Shown here piece by piece: positions 19,646 through 28,628 of a DNA stretch of 64,000 nt (the first letter of the stretch is position 1; each line of letters begins with the position of its first letter). The DNA comes from Bdellovibrionales bacterium (GTDB lineage: Bacteria; Bdellovibrionota; Bdellovibrionia; Bdellovibrionales; UBA1609). Under the pieces are notes generated by a model. It was not told where the DNA came from. It saw only the letters and a list, made by a program, of their open reading frames with translations, and made no database searches. The position numbers were made by a program, and so were the translations under genes. Where the stretch lies: contig JBFWVI010000008.1 in NCBI GenBank assembly GCA_050246815.1, positions 1,973-65,972 of the forward strand, read 5' to 3'.

Positions 19646-20403
19646 AAACGCAAACCCACCCGAGCGCTGTAAGTCGTATCGGGATAACGATCGATCTGCG
19701 CTGCAGCGAAAAGATCTTCGAAGTGAATGGTCAAACCCAAATAATTGTGGGTTTGCGTGACGGTGTGGCTGACGGTGTTGGATGTACCCAACTGCGGATC
19801 TGAAGGGTCCACCGTGCCGTTGGTGTTGTTGCCGCCGATAAAGGTGCCGGTGGCGCGTAGTTGGCCGACTCCAAAGTAAAGCGAGAATTGATTCACGTAA
19901 ATTCCCGCCACCAGGTCCGCGCCAAGGGCCGTGCTTTCAAAGTCATTGTTGATGTTGATATGATCCGCATGCATCAGCAGCGCCATGTTCACCGGTAAAA
20001 ACCGGGCTTCATAGAACGAGTAGCGAACCGCGCCACCGAAGCTGGTCATCTCGGAACCCGCCGTCATGGGTGCGGCATGCAGGAACAGGTCTAAATTGTT
20101 GTAAAGCCCTTTGCCGACGGTCAGGCGGGCGTAGCGCAATTCCTGGTCGCCATCAGGGGTACCGGCCCCCAGTTGGTTGAGTTCCTTGATGTCGATCAGC
20201 TCGAGTGATAACCCCACCTCAAAGCCACTGTAACCACCCAGCGGAAAGGGGTTGGTCAAAAGCTTTGTGCTGGTGGTCAGCCCCAGCATTTTGACCACCG
20301 CCACACGATCTTCTTTGCTGAGTTGTTTTGGGATCGTGACGGCAAAGGCGCGACCGCAAAAGAAAAAGAGTAAATTGAAAATGACAACTAAGCGGCTTTT
20401 CAT
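19642..20403 (-). CDS. Probable outer-membrane beta-barrel protein
   Basis: Signal peptide, amphipathic beta strands and terminal RVGLRF. Confidence 0.7.
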   Translation of the reverse strand: MKSRLVVIFNLLFFFCGRAFAVTIPKQLSKEDRVAVVKMLGLTTSTKLLTNPFPLGGYSGFEVGLSLELIDIKELNQLGAGTPDGDQELRYARLTVGKGLYNNLDLFLHAAPMTAGSEMTSFGGAVRYSFYEARFLPVNMALLMHADHININNDFESTALGADLVAGIYVNQFSLYFGVGQLRATGTFIGGNNTNGTVDPSDPQLGTSNTVSHTVTQTHNYLGLTIHFEDLFAAAQIDRYPDTTYSARVGLRF

Positions 20404-20445
20404 GCTTTAGGCATGATAGCGAAGGGACGATTGCCGAGTCACTGA

Positions 20446-21702
20446 TTAAGAGGCGGCTTTGATCAGATCTTGCAGGCTGCGCAGTGTCTCACGGGCTTGC
20501 AGGGATTGTTCGCCACGAGAGGTCGAGAGCTCTTGCAGCACGGCCACGAAGCGGTTGTAGTGGCTGACGTAAGGATTGCGTGTGCTGGCGCTACCATTGC
20601 CGGGGGTGGGACGATTGTATTTGGCGTTCAGATAGCGGCGGGCCGAGTCTTCTAACTGTTTGGTGGCCCAGATCACCGCGAAAATATCGTCGCTTGAGCG
20701 CATCACGCTTTCCAGAACCCACAAGTAAGTCACTTGTTCGTAAATATTCAGCTCGGCTTCGGCGCGTTGACGAATGCGTGAACCAAAGGCCTCGTGCTTA
20801 ATCACATCCAGTAAAATATGATAGCTGTCGGGACTTGGGGTGCGGCCGGCGGCCAAAACACCCAATTCGCGCATTTCGATGCGCGAATCTTGAAGCATCA
20901 AATTCACTAGAGTGTAAAACAAGGCTGAGCTGATCTGGCCGCTTTGAACGGCTTCAATTAGGCGAACTGTTTCCTTGAAGTTCGGTTTGTCGAGGATGCG
21001 TTTCTTCCACTCTTCCAATCCAGCCAGCGCGGCGTTCTTGTTGTTGTTCGTGGCCAATCCGCCGCCAAAGGTGGGGGTGGCGCTATTCGCGCCCAGGTCG
21101 TCGTTGTTTTTGTCTTCGTCATCTTCTTTTTGGTTTTCATCGTCGGCTTTTGCGACCGTTTCATCTTCTTCGCAATCGGGGAGATCTTCTTCGCCTTCTT
21201 GTTTCTGACCTTCAGCGCCGGCGGCGCCTTGGTGGGCGAGAGCGGTGGGATCAACGGCTTGTGCGTGGAGGGCTTGAAGATGGGCTGGCATCTGACCTTG
21301 TGATTCACCGCTGCCATCTTTGGGTTTGCATTTCTTTTGTCCATCTTTCGACTTATCGGCGTCCTTTTTTGTGCCTTGAGCCACTTTGTTGGCAGCCGTG
21401 GCTTGACCGGCGTTGGAATCGAATTGGCCTTGAGTCGGCGGAATCATCAGTGCTTTTTGATACGCCGGGATTGTGCGAATTGCATTCACAGTGTTGTGAG
21501 CCATCAAGGGTTTTCCCGGAATAGCACGATCCCGCATCAACGGTTGAACACGGCCGCGCATCACACTGCGGCCGGCTTTGCCGATGCCTGCCAACTCACC
21601 AGTGGCAGGGGTGCCCACCCACGACAAGCGTTTGGCAATTTCAAACGCCCCGCCGATGGCAAGAGCGATGACAAATAAGGATGTGGTGCCTAAGCGGCCC
21701 AT
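20446..21702 (-). CDS. Membrane-anchored hypothetical protein with acidic linker and helical C-domain
   Basis: 418-aa ORF with N-terminal TM helix and GGAG RBS. Confidence 0.7.
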   Translation of the reverse strand: MGRLGTTSLFVIALAIGGAFEIAKRLSWVGTPATGELAGIGKAGRSVMRGRVQPLMRDRAIPGKPLMAHNTVNAIRTIPAYQKALMIPPTQGQFDSNAGQATAANKVAQGTKKDADKSKDGQKKCKPKDGSGESQGQMPAHLQALHAQAVDPTALAHQGAAGAEGQKQEGEEDLPDCEEDETVAKADDENQKEDDEDKNNDDLGANSATPTFGGGLATNNNKNAALAGLEEWKKRILDKPNFKETVRLIEAVQSGQISSALFYTLVNLMLQDSRIEMRELGVLAAGRTPSPDSYHILLDVIKHEAFGSRIRQRAEAELNIYEQVTYLWVLESVMRSSDDIFAVIWATKQLEDSARRYLNAKYNRPTPGNGSASTRNPYVSHYNRFVAVLQELSTSRGEQSLQARETLRSLQDLIKAAS

Positions 21703-21730
21703 GAGTGGACTCCTTCCAATCTTCTGTATC

Positions 21731-21745
21731 GCAGGAAGCGTGCCG
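21731..21745 (-). promoter_or_regulatory. Candidate sigma54 promoter
   Basis: CGGCACGCTTCCTGC (GG-N10-GC) about 30 nt upstream of the start at 21702. Confidence 0.55.
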
Positions 21746-21897
21746 GGCGTGGCATGGCTAAGACTTTGATTTTACTTTTGATTTACGTGGAGCCAAAAAC
21801 CACCCAAAGGGGGAGTGTCCAGATGCAAGACACCTGGACAGGGCGTGAAAAAAACCCTACTCTTTTTCAATAGTTATGGCTGCTTGGGAGCAACTTG

Positions 21898-22818
21898 ATG
21901 AGTGACCAATTCGGCGCGCGCTTAAAAGCGGCTTCTGATGGCGATCAGAGGGCCTTGGCGCAGCTCTTATCGTGGGTGGAAAAGCAGGGCGCCCAGGCGC
22001 TTCGCTACCCTGAGCTGCTCAAAAGCGCTCGCCCGGCTTATCGAATTGGTATTACCGGTCCTCCCGGTGCGGGGAAGTCGACCCTTGTGGGCGGTCTAAT
22101 CAAAGAGCTGCGTAAAAAAAATCTGCGCGTGGCGGTTTTGGCCGTTGATCCTTCAAGCCCCTTTTCACACGGAGCAATTCTAGGTGATCGAATTCGTTAC
22201 AACGAGCACGTGTTGGATGACGGCGTTTTTATCCGCTCGTTGGGAACCAGGGGAAGCCTGGGCGGCCTAAGTGCTGCGGCTTACTTGATGTTGCGGGTTT
22301 TCGATGCCGTTGGTTTTGATGTGGTGCTGATCGAAACTGTAGGGGTCGGACAAACCGAACTTGAAATCATGAATGTAGCCGACAGCGTGGTGGTGGTTTT
22401 GGTGCCTGAGTCCGGTGATTCCGTGCAAGCGATGAAGGCCGGCCTACTTGAGATCGCCGACATCTTCGTGGTCAACAAGGCGGACCGCCCAGGCGCCGCC
22501 AGCATGGCCAAAGAACTGCAATTTATCGGCGAAATCGGACCCGAAAATCGACCTAAACCGAAAGTATTGATGACGAATGCGCTAAGCTTCGAAGGGGTTT
22601 TGGATTTAAGCGTTGAGTTGCTTGGCCGTCTGGGTGATTTAAATTTGATCAAGCTGCGCGAGCAGGCTTTGCGTTTGCGCCACGAGGCGCGCGCTTTGCT
22701 GCGTGCGGAATGGGAAAATTCGATCGAGACGAAGCTGAAGTCCTTGAAAAAAAACAGTGATCTGGCCAAGGTTCTTGGTGCTAAAACAGCCCCAGTGAAG
22801 AAAAAGAAACGTAAATAA
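21898..22818 (+). CDS. meaB: Methylmalonyl-CoA mutase-associated GTPase MeaB/ArgK
   Basis: GITGPPGAGKST, AVDPSSP, LGDRIR, ETVGVGQ and NKAD motifs. Confidence 0.92.
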   Translation: MSDQFGARLKAASDGDQRALAQLLSWVEKQGAQALRYPELLKSARPAYRIGITGPPGAGKSTLVGGLIKELRKKNLRVAVLAVDPSSPFSHGAILGDRIRYNEHVLDDGVFIRSLGTRGSLGGLSAAAYLMLRVFDAVGFDVVLIETVGVGQTELEIMNVADSVVVVLVPESGDSVQAMKAGLLEIADIFVVNKADRPGAASMAKELQFIGEIGPENRPKPKVLMTNALSFEGVLDLSVELLGRLGDLNLIKLREQALRLRHEARALLRAEWENSIETKLKSLKKNSDLAKVLGAKTAPVKKKKRK

Positions 22819-22952
22819 AAACTCTTCGCGCGCAGAATGGTTCGGTCCCCGAGCTTTCGCCGTAGGGACCATGCCCGCAGCCGATGGCCTGCCCCCCGAA
22901 TTCCCAAAACGATTCACCATTCAACTAAAAGTCTAGTCGGGCCGATACGTTT

Positions 22953-23285
22953 ATGACGCAATACGTTATGAAGGTAACAGGAATTGGCCCCACGCTGGGC
23001 CCTCAGTCTGTGGATGACGACGACGACCAGGAACTCGAGATCGCCGGTCTAGTCAACGAAACCTACGCCCCCGTCGACGAAACGGAGGCCGGCGCAGAGC
23101 CATCGGACGAGCAGCAAACTCGTGAGGGTTTGGCGCGTCTTTATGATTTTCTCAAGGCAAAACAAGAAAAGCGGACGTCGGGTCATCTTAAAAACAGTAG
23201 GCTAGAGCGAGCCCTTGGTGCGTATCATAAAATTATTGAGTCCGATTTAGAGTTGCGCGGACAAAATCTAAAGCGACGCGGCTAA
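22953..23285 (+). CDS. Small hypothetical protein
   Basis: 110-aa ORF with acidic N-half; GCCGATAC (sigma28 -10-like) at 22941-22948. Confidence 0.55.
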   Translation: MTQYVMKVTGIGPTLGPQSVDDDDDQELEIAGLVNETYAPVDETEAGAEPSDEQQTREGLARLYDFLKAKQEKRTSGHLKNSRLERALGAYHKIIESDLELRGQNLKRRG

Positions 23286-23391
23286 CTTTTTAATATTTAC
23301 TCAAGTCTATAAAATATCTTTTTATTTCAATAGTTTATAATTTTTTTCTGTGTCTCAATGTTGGAAAATAACGCAAAGCGACAGAATGTGC

Positions 23392-23418
23392 TTAAGTTAT
23401 AACTCAATGCGTCGAAAA
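23392..23418 (+). promoter_or_regulatory. Sigma28 promoter of fliC1
   Basis: TTAAGTTA-N11-GTCGAAAA versus consensus TAAAGTTT-N11-GCCGATAA. Confidence 0.6.
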
Positions 23419-23523
23419 GTTATAGGACTGCTGAAACGGATCTTAAGTCTTGTGTCTGTGGGCACCGCTTGTGGTGACCGGTCTGGGGAGGCCGGTGAAA
23501 CGCGCAAGCAGGAGGGTGCGTTT

Positions 23524-24351
23524 GTGTCATTTCGAATCAGTACCAACGTCGCGTCGTTAGCGGCGCAACGAAATCTGGGAAACTCCCAAAGAGCCACTGA
23601 AAAAGCGCTACTGGCCCTTTCATCAGGGTCCAGGATCAACCGCGCCTCTGACGATGCCGCCGGCTTTGCCATTGCCGAAAGCTTGCGTGGGCAATTGAGT
23701 GGCGTGAAGCAAGCTAAGAAAAATGCCGACACAGCGACATCCTTTATTCAAACCGCCGAGGGCGGACTTTCTGAGCAGAACAATATTTTAATCCGCTTGC
23801 GCGAGCTGGCAGTTTACTCGGCCAGCGACACTGTCGGCGATGAAGAGCGCGGCTATTTGAACATGGAATTCCAGCAGCTATCGGCGGAATTTGATCGCAT
23901 AGCGCGCTCAACGCGCTATGGGAATAAACAGCTGCTGACTGGTAACGGGGATGAACACACCTTTCAGATCGGCGCGTACCGAGGTGAAGAGAACGAAGTG
24001 AGTTTTAAACTCGACGCCAACACCACCGCGAGTGAGGTGGGTATTTCTGGTTTGTCGATCGACGATCAAGATAGTGCGACGGATGTTCTTGAAGACCTTG
24101 ATGAGGGCTTGCAAAAGGTGGCCTCGGCTCGGGCCTCGTTCGGCGCTATGCAGTCGCGCTTGCAACACGCGTCTGATCACTTGGCGGTGCAGATTGAAAA
24201 CGTCTCGGCCGCCCGATCGCAGATCGTGGACGCCGACATTGCCGAAGAAGCAGCTAATCTGGCGCAAAACCAGATCATTCAAGACGCCGGCATCGCTGTC
24301 TTGGCTCAGGCCAACGTGAACACCTCTCGCGTAGCGCGGCTGATTCAGTAA
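23524..24351 (+). CDS. fliC: Flagellin (fliC1, 275 aa)
   Basis: GTG start after AGGAGG; FRISTN, LSSGSRINRASDDAAG and GAMQSRL motifs. Confidence 0.95.
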   Translation: MSFRISTNVASLAAQRNLGNSQRATEKALLALSSGSRINRASDDAAGFAIAESLRGQLSGVKQAKKNADTATSFIQTAEGGLSEQNNILIRLRELAVYSASDTVGDEERGYLNMEFQQLSAEFDRIARSTRYGNKQLLTGNGDEHTFQIGAYRGEENEVSFKLDANTTASEVGISGLSIDDQDSATDVLEDLDEGLQKVASARASFGAMQSRLQHASDHLAVQIENVSAARSQIVDADIAEEAANLAQNQIIQDAGIAVLAQANVNTSRVARLIQ

Positions 24352-24395
24352 CTAGACCTTCGTCTTGGTTTTTGTTTTAAGTGATGGGCGGGCTT

Positions 24396-24424
24396 GGGCG
24401 GTTCTTTGTAAGAACCGCCTTTTT
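24396..24424 (+). terminator. Intrinsic terminator after fliC1
   Basis: GGGCGGTTCT/AGAACCGCCT stem followed by a T run. Confidence 0.75.
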
Positions 24425-24556
24425 AATTTTAAAGCCCACAAGTTCAACATCTCCGGATTGATAACGCGCCAAGTTATAAAATAAATTTTATTCAATAAAG
24501 CCCATCCCTTTCAAGCACAAGATGTGTCGCGTCATAAACTGGACTAGACCAAGGTC

Positions 24557-24583
24557 TAAAGCTTCCTAGACCAAAGCCGAGAA
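24557..24583 (+). promoter_or_regulatory. Sigma28 promoter of fliC2
   Basis: TAAAGCTT-N11-GCCGAGAA. Confidence 0.85.
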
Positions 24584-24590
24584 GTTAAGC

Positions 24591-24818
24591 GAACACGTTG
24601 GAGCACCTCGGGACTCATCCGTTTCAGCAGTCACTGTAAATGGATTAGAACCGAACCAAGTATCGTGAGGAGGGGCAGTCACCCCCTCTCGCGAGAACCT
24701 CCAGCAAAACATAATTAACCAAGACTCGGATGTCGCGGATGTGCGTCTTATAGCCGGTTGGCTGTGGGTCGACGCATGTTTTGATCCTCACGGTCGGGGA
24801 AAGAACGTTGGAGGTTCT
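24591..24818 (+). promoter_or_regulatory. Long structured 5' leader of fliC2
   Basis: Two hairpins with CAGUCA loops, a 12-bp anti-SD helix (24694-24705/24807-24818) and GGA motifs. Confidence 0.7.
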
Positions 24819-25649
24819 ATGGGCTTAAGAATCAATACTAACGTTGCCTCAATCGGAGCGCAGCGGGTATTAACGAAGCAGCAACAACGCTTGGAGCATT
24901 CGCAACAAGCATTGGCTTCAGGAACACGTATCGTTAAAGCAGCCGATGATGCTGCCGGCTTGGCCATCTCAGAAAACATCAAGGGCCAAATGGTCGGTAT
25001 CAAAATGGCTCGTAACAACTCATACAACGCACAATCGTTGATTCAGGTCAGCGAGGGCGGATTGAACGAAATCAACAACATCTTGATTCGTTTGCGCGAA
25101 CTGGGTGTGCAAGCGGCCTCGGACACAGTCAGCGATGTTGAGCGTGAATTTTTGGATCAGGAAGCGCAGCAATTGCGTATGGAGTCGGATCGGATCGCGC
25201 GTTCGACACGTTTTGGTAACAAAACTTTGCTGGATGGTTCAGGCGAAGAGTTTGAATACCATGTCGGCCCATTTGCCGATGAAGATGAAAACGTCATTCG
25301 CTATCAAATCTCGGCTGATGCCACCAACAGCACCCTGGGCATCGATGGCGTCGGAGTGTCAGATAAAGACAGCGCTCGCGACACTTTAAGTTCGGTGGAC
25401 GAAGCTTTAGTGAAAATCGGTAAAATGCGCGCCGACTTCGGTGCCGTGCAAAGTCGATTGCAGACCACCACGAGCAATTTGGACATTCAATACGAGAACT
25501 TGTCCGCCGCAAAATCACGTATTTCGGATGCCGACGTGGCTTACGAGTCTTCAGAGATGGCTTCGTCGCAAATATTGCAAAGCGCTTCAGTGGCCGTGTT
25601 GGCGCAAGCCAATCAAAACGGCTCCTTCGCGCTGCGCTTGTTAAGCTAA
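24819..25649 (+). CDS. fliC: Flagellin (fliC2, 276 aa)
   Basis: MGLRINTNV, KAADDAAGLAI and GAVQSRL; ATG 24819 after GGAGG. Confidence 0.96.
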   Translation: MGLRINTNVASIGAQRVLTKQQQRLEHSQQALASGTRIVKAADDAAGLAISENIKGQMVGIKMARNNSYNAQSLIQVSEGGLNEINNILIRLRELGVQAASDTVSDVEREFLDQEAQQLRMESDRIARSTRFGNKTLLDGSGEEFEYHVGPFADEDENVIRYQISADATNSTLGIDGVGVSDKDSARDTLSSVDEALVKIGKMRADFGAVQSRLQTTTSNLDIQYENLSAAKSRISDADVAYESSEMASSQILQSASVAVLAQANQNGSFALRLLS

Positions 25650-25847
25650 ATTATTTCATCAGTCTTGTGAGGCTCGGCCGCACCTTGTGCGGCCGGGACT
25701 AAATCAGCTTTTTTGAGGACTCAAGATGCGGTCCTCTGTATCGCGATGCAAATGTTTTTTAAACGTTTTGAGTTTTAGACAGGTAGCCCACAGCATCCTG
25801 TCTTAAGCCCGCCCTGGGGTCGCCCCACGAACCCCAGGGTTTTTTTT
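25650..25847 (+). ncRNA. Structured ~200-nt 3' UTR of fliC2, candidate 3'UTR-derived sRNA
   Basis: Three hairpins before the terminator; one loop displays GCCCACAGC complementary to flagellin leaders. Confidence 0.45.
25811..25847 (+). terminator. Intrinsic terminator after fliC2 3' UTR
   Basis: GCCCTGGGGT/ACCCCAGGGT stem followed by a T run. Confidence 0.85.
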
Positions 25848-25887
25848 AAGCGGCGTCGACACTTCCTCAACCTCTCTTTTAAGACTT

Positions 25888-26502
25888 TTATTTTTTAACG
25901 AAGGTGGCTTTTTTGGCGTCGTTGACGCGAACGAGTTCGTAGCTTTTGGAGTTGAGCACTTTGAGCGTGAATTTGTAGTTGCTGCTGGTGGTGCCCTCGC
26001 AGAAATTGTCTTTGCAGGTCATTTCAACGCCGCCGCCGCAGTTGATAAAAGTGACGCTGACGTTGCTTAGGACACTGTTGTTGTAAGCGGTTTTGATTCT
26101 CTGGTCGCAGAAATAACGGGCATTGTCGGTGTATTCGCCGTCTTCAAGAACAACGGGGGGAGCGACACTCGTGCAGACCTGACCGGCCAATAAATCCGCG
26201 GTGCTGGCGATCATTTTTTTAAGGTCGCGGCAGACCACGTCGAAATCGCCATCGGCCCGGCGTTGCAACGATAGAATACCCGAGGGCTTTGAGGTCTTTT
26301 TGTTGGGGCAAACGTTGTTCAGTTCCAAATCCAGATCGGTCACGGTCTCACGATTGCCGTTGGTGCAAACCACGTCATAGGTGCCGTCGGCCTTTTGTTG
26401 CATCACCGCAACTTCATCGATCGAAAGAATATCAAAATCGGCTTGTGCCGCGACGGCAAAAAACAGAGCGGAGCTGAGCAGGCTATAAATAAAAAATCGC
26501 AT
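25888..26502 (-). CDS. Secreted Cys-containing hypothetical protein
   Basis: Signal peptide ending AQA; internal duplication QQKADGTYDVVC / QRRADGDFDVVC. Confidence 0.75.
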   Translation of the reverse strand: MRFFIYSLLSSALFFAVAAQADFDILSIDEVAVMQQKADGTYDVVCTNGNRETVTDLDLELNNVCPNKKTSKPSGILSLQRRADGDFDVVCRDLKKMIASTADLLAGQVCTSVAPPVVLEDGEYTDNARYFCDQRIKTAYNNSVLSNVSVTFINCGGGVEMTCKDNFCEGTTSSNYKFTLKVLNSKSYELVRVNDAKKATFVKK

Positions 26503-26726
26503 ATTGAGTCCTTTGTTTGTTGAGCAACGTCAGTGTTGCGAACGTAGTCTTTTAAGGAAGCCGGTCGAAGTCAAAAAAACTGGTTCACTCAGGTGCCAAA
26601 TCTGTTTGGCCCTGTTCGGGCAAGGCTTTCACTTGTTTTTGGTCTCAAATCGAGACGCCCTTAAAATGAGACGGCGGTATGGGTAAGACTTCATATTTGC
26701 CGGATGAAATATGACGAAAAGCACCT

Positions 26727-27740
26727 ATGGGCGAGAGAAAACTGAAGCTTGTCCCTCAAGGCGAAGAGGCAGCCGTCAAGGAATCTCATGCAATAGATAG
26801 TGAGTTCCTTGCGGTGCCTCCGGAACAGATTTTATCCCGTGCGCATGCGCTTTCGGATCTCTTCGTTCGCTTAAGCAGCGGCCGTCTGGTCAAGGTGGCC
26901 CACAAAGACGAAAAAATCGACCGCGAACGCATCGAAAGAATGGCCCACAAAAACGTCAATGAACTCTACGTCATGCGCCACGATTTTTCAGGGGTGATTC
27001 AAAATCTGATTTTGCATATGCGAGAAAATGCCACGGCCCCCACAGACAACGACAAATCGATCAATGAGTATTTTCAGGTGGCCCAATCGGTTTTGACTGA
27101 AGTGTCCAAGCTGCCGATTAGCGACGAAGCGATCGGGCATGCCATCGAAGTCACGCAAGAGCTGGCCACGCGCCTCAACGAAGTGGACGATATTGCAAAG
27201 GGCCTTAAATTGATTTTAGGTCTTGGCGAAAAGCATTCACGACATGCAATGGGCTGTGTTGTGGTCTCCAATTGGCTGGCCCGTGCCATGCGCTGGAGTG
27301 CTCCTCGCGTCCTGCAGCCGTTGACCTTGGGCGCCTTCATGCATGATGTCGGCCTGAAGGAGCTGCCGGTCGAGCTGCTGAATAAAGAGCGTATGCATTA
27401 TAGCGCTGAAGAAGTGGCGCTTTACGAAACACATCCCACGCGGGGCGTGATGATTTTGCGCAGCTTCAACGCCATGCCGGCCGAAGTGCTGCAAATCGTG
27501 CAAGAGCACCACGAAATGCCCAATGGGCAAGGCTTTCCAAACCACATCCGCGGCGAGCGCATGTTCCCATTGGCCAAAATCGTGTCCTTTGCCAACCTGC
27601 TGTCTCACGAAATGCTCGATGCCTTTCTTGTGCATAAATCTTTCTCGGTCGAGGGGATGATTGAACGCATCGACTTGATTTATAAGACCATGTACGGCAG
27701 CGAGATGCACAAAGCGGCCAAATCCATCTTCAAAAAATAG
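26727..27740 (+). CDS. HD-GYP domain protein (c-di-GMP phosphodiesterase family)
   Basis: MHDVG, HP and EHHEMPNGQGFP motifs. Confidence 0.85.
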   Translation: MGERKLKLVPQGEEAAVKESHAIDSEFLAVPPEQILSRAHALSDLFVRLSSGRLVKVAHKDEKIDRERIERMAHKNVNELYVMRHDFSGVIQNLILHMRENATAPTDNDKSINEYFQVAQSVLTEVSKLPISDEAIGHAIEVTQELATRLNEVDDIAKGLKLILGLGEKHSRHAMGCVVVSNWLARAMRWSAPRVLQPLTLGAFMHDVGLKELPVELLNKERMHYSAEEVALYETHPTRGVMILRSFNAMPAEVLQIVQEHHEMPNGQGFPNHIRGERMFPLAKIVSFANLLSHEMLDAFLVHKSFSVEGMIERIDLIYKTMYGSEMHKAAKSIFKK

Positions 27741-27876
27741 GGATCAAATATTTTCTTTTTAAGGCCGCGTGTCGGCAACGCTCCGAGTGGCGGACGCCGT
27801 TATATTTCTTTTTCCATTCTATTGCAGTCAGATAAGGCTTTAGAATTGCATTTTTTCCTCCGCGTAGGAGGAAAAA

Positions 27877-28413
27877 ATGTTTAATTCCCTAAAATATGCT
27901 AAAAAATTAGAAGCCGCTGGCTATTCCCGCGAACAAGCGGAAATGCATGTGCAAATTTTGAGTGAGATTATGGAAAGCAACTTGGCCTCAAAAGAAGAGA
28001 TGAAAGACCTCACCGCGGTGACGCGGCAAAGCTTTAAAGACCATACTTTTGAAATGCAGCAGCTTTTTAAAGAACATACTCATGCTATGGATCAAAGGTT
28101 TAAAGAATACACTCATGCGATGGATCAAAGGTTTAAAGAATACACGCATACTGCAGATGAAAGGTTTAAAGAGTACACGCATACTGCGGATGAAAGGCTT
28201 AAAGAGTACACGCATACTGCGGACCAAAGATTGAAAGACCACAACATTGAAACAAATCAGAAAATTGAAGAGCTTCATCAAAAGATAGATCGCGTGCGCA
28301 TCGAATTAAGCGGCGAAATCAAAATTTCCGAACAGCGTATGACGGTCAAGCTTGGCACAATTGTTTCAATCGCGATTGGTTTGGCGGTAACTCTGGTCAA
28401 GCTTGTGGCCTGA
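27877..28413 (+). CDS. DUF1640/CCDC90-family coiled-coil protein with C-terminal TM anchor
   Basis: MFNSLKYAKKLEAAGYSREQAE head, LASKE neck, repeat stalk, KLGTIV tail; AGGAGG RBS. Confidence 0.85.
   Translation: MFNSLKYAKKLEAAGYSREQAEMHVQILSEIMESNLASKEEMKDLTAVTRQSFKDHTFEMQQLFKEHTHAMDQRFKEYTHAMDQRFKEYTHTADERFKEYTHTADERLKEYTHTADQRLKDHNIETNQKIEELHQKIDRVRIELSGEIKISEQRMTVKLGTIVSIAIGLAVTLVKLVA
28033..28230 (+). repeat. Six tandem 33-bp units encoding 11-aa repeats
   Basis: Units such as TTTAAAGAATACACTCATGCGATGGATCAAAGG (FKEYTHAMDQR); a partial seventh follows. Confidence 0.95.
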
Positions 28414-28594
28414 TTGATCGAATTCAGAACTTCCTGGCCGCAGGCCTCAGGTCTAGGGGCTGTGACCTCGACCTTTGGTCTTGGCGACCAAGGTCCTACC
28501 GCACCGACTCCATACTTATTATTATTCCCACGGCAAAATCCCAAACTAAGGTCCAGTTCTACACCGACCATGGTCCAGTTTGACTGGACTCGAC

Positions 28595-28621
28595 TTTAGT
28601 TCGCCCCGACCTGGCCGAAAG
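28595..28621 (+). promoter_or_regulatory. Sigma28 promoter of fliC3
   Basis: TTTAGTTC-N11-GCCGAAAG, near-identical to the fliC4 promoter. Confidence 0.75.
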
Positions 28622-28628
28622 GTTTGTT

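Noticed and set aside
24353-24362. CTAGACCTTC after the fliC1 stop as an anti-SD for fliC2
   Set aside because: Needs a bulge and wobble pairs; too weak to distinguish from chance
24433-24442. AGCCCACAAG as the 3' partner of the fliC1 leader motif
   Set aside because: It lies downstream of the fliC1 terminator, so it is probably not on the mRNA unless there is read-through
28033-28230. 33-bp repeats as a CRISPR array
   Set aside because: Units are contiguous with no spacers, in frame within a CDS, and there are no cas genes
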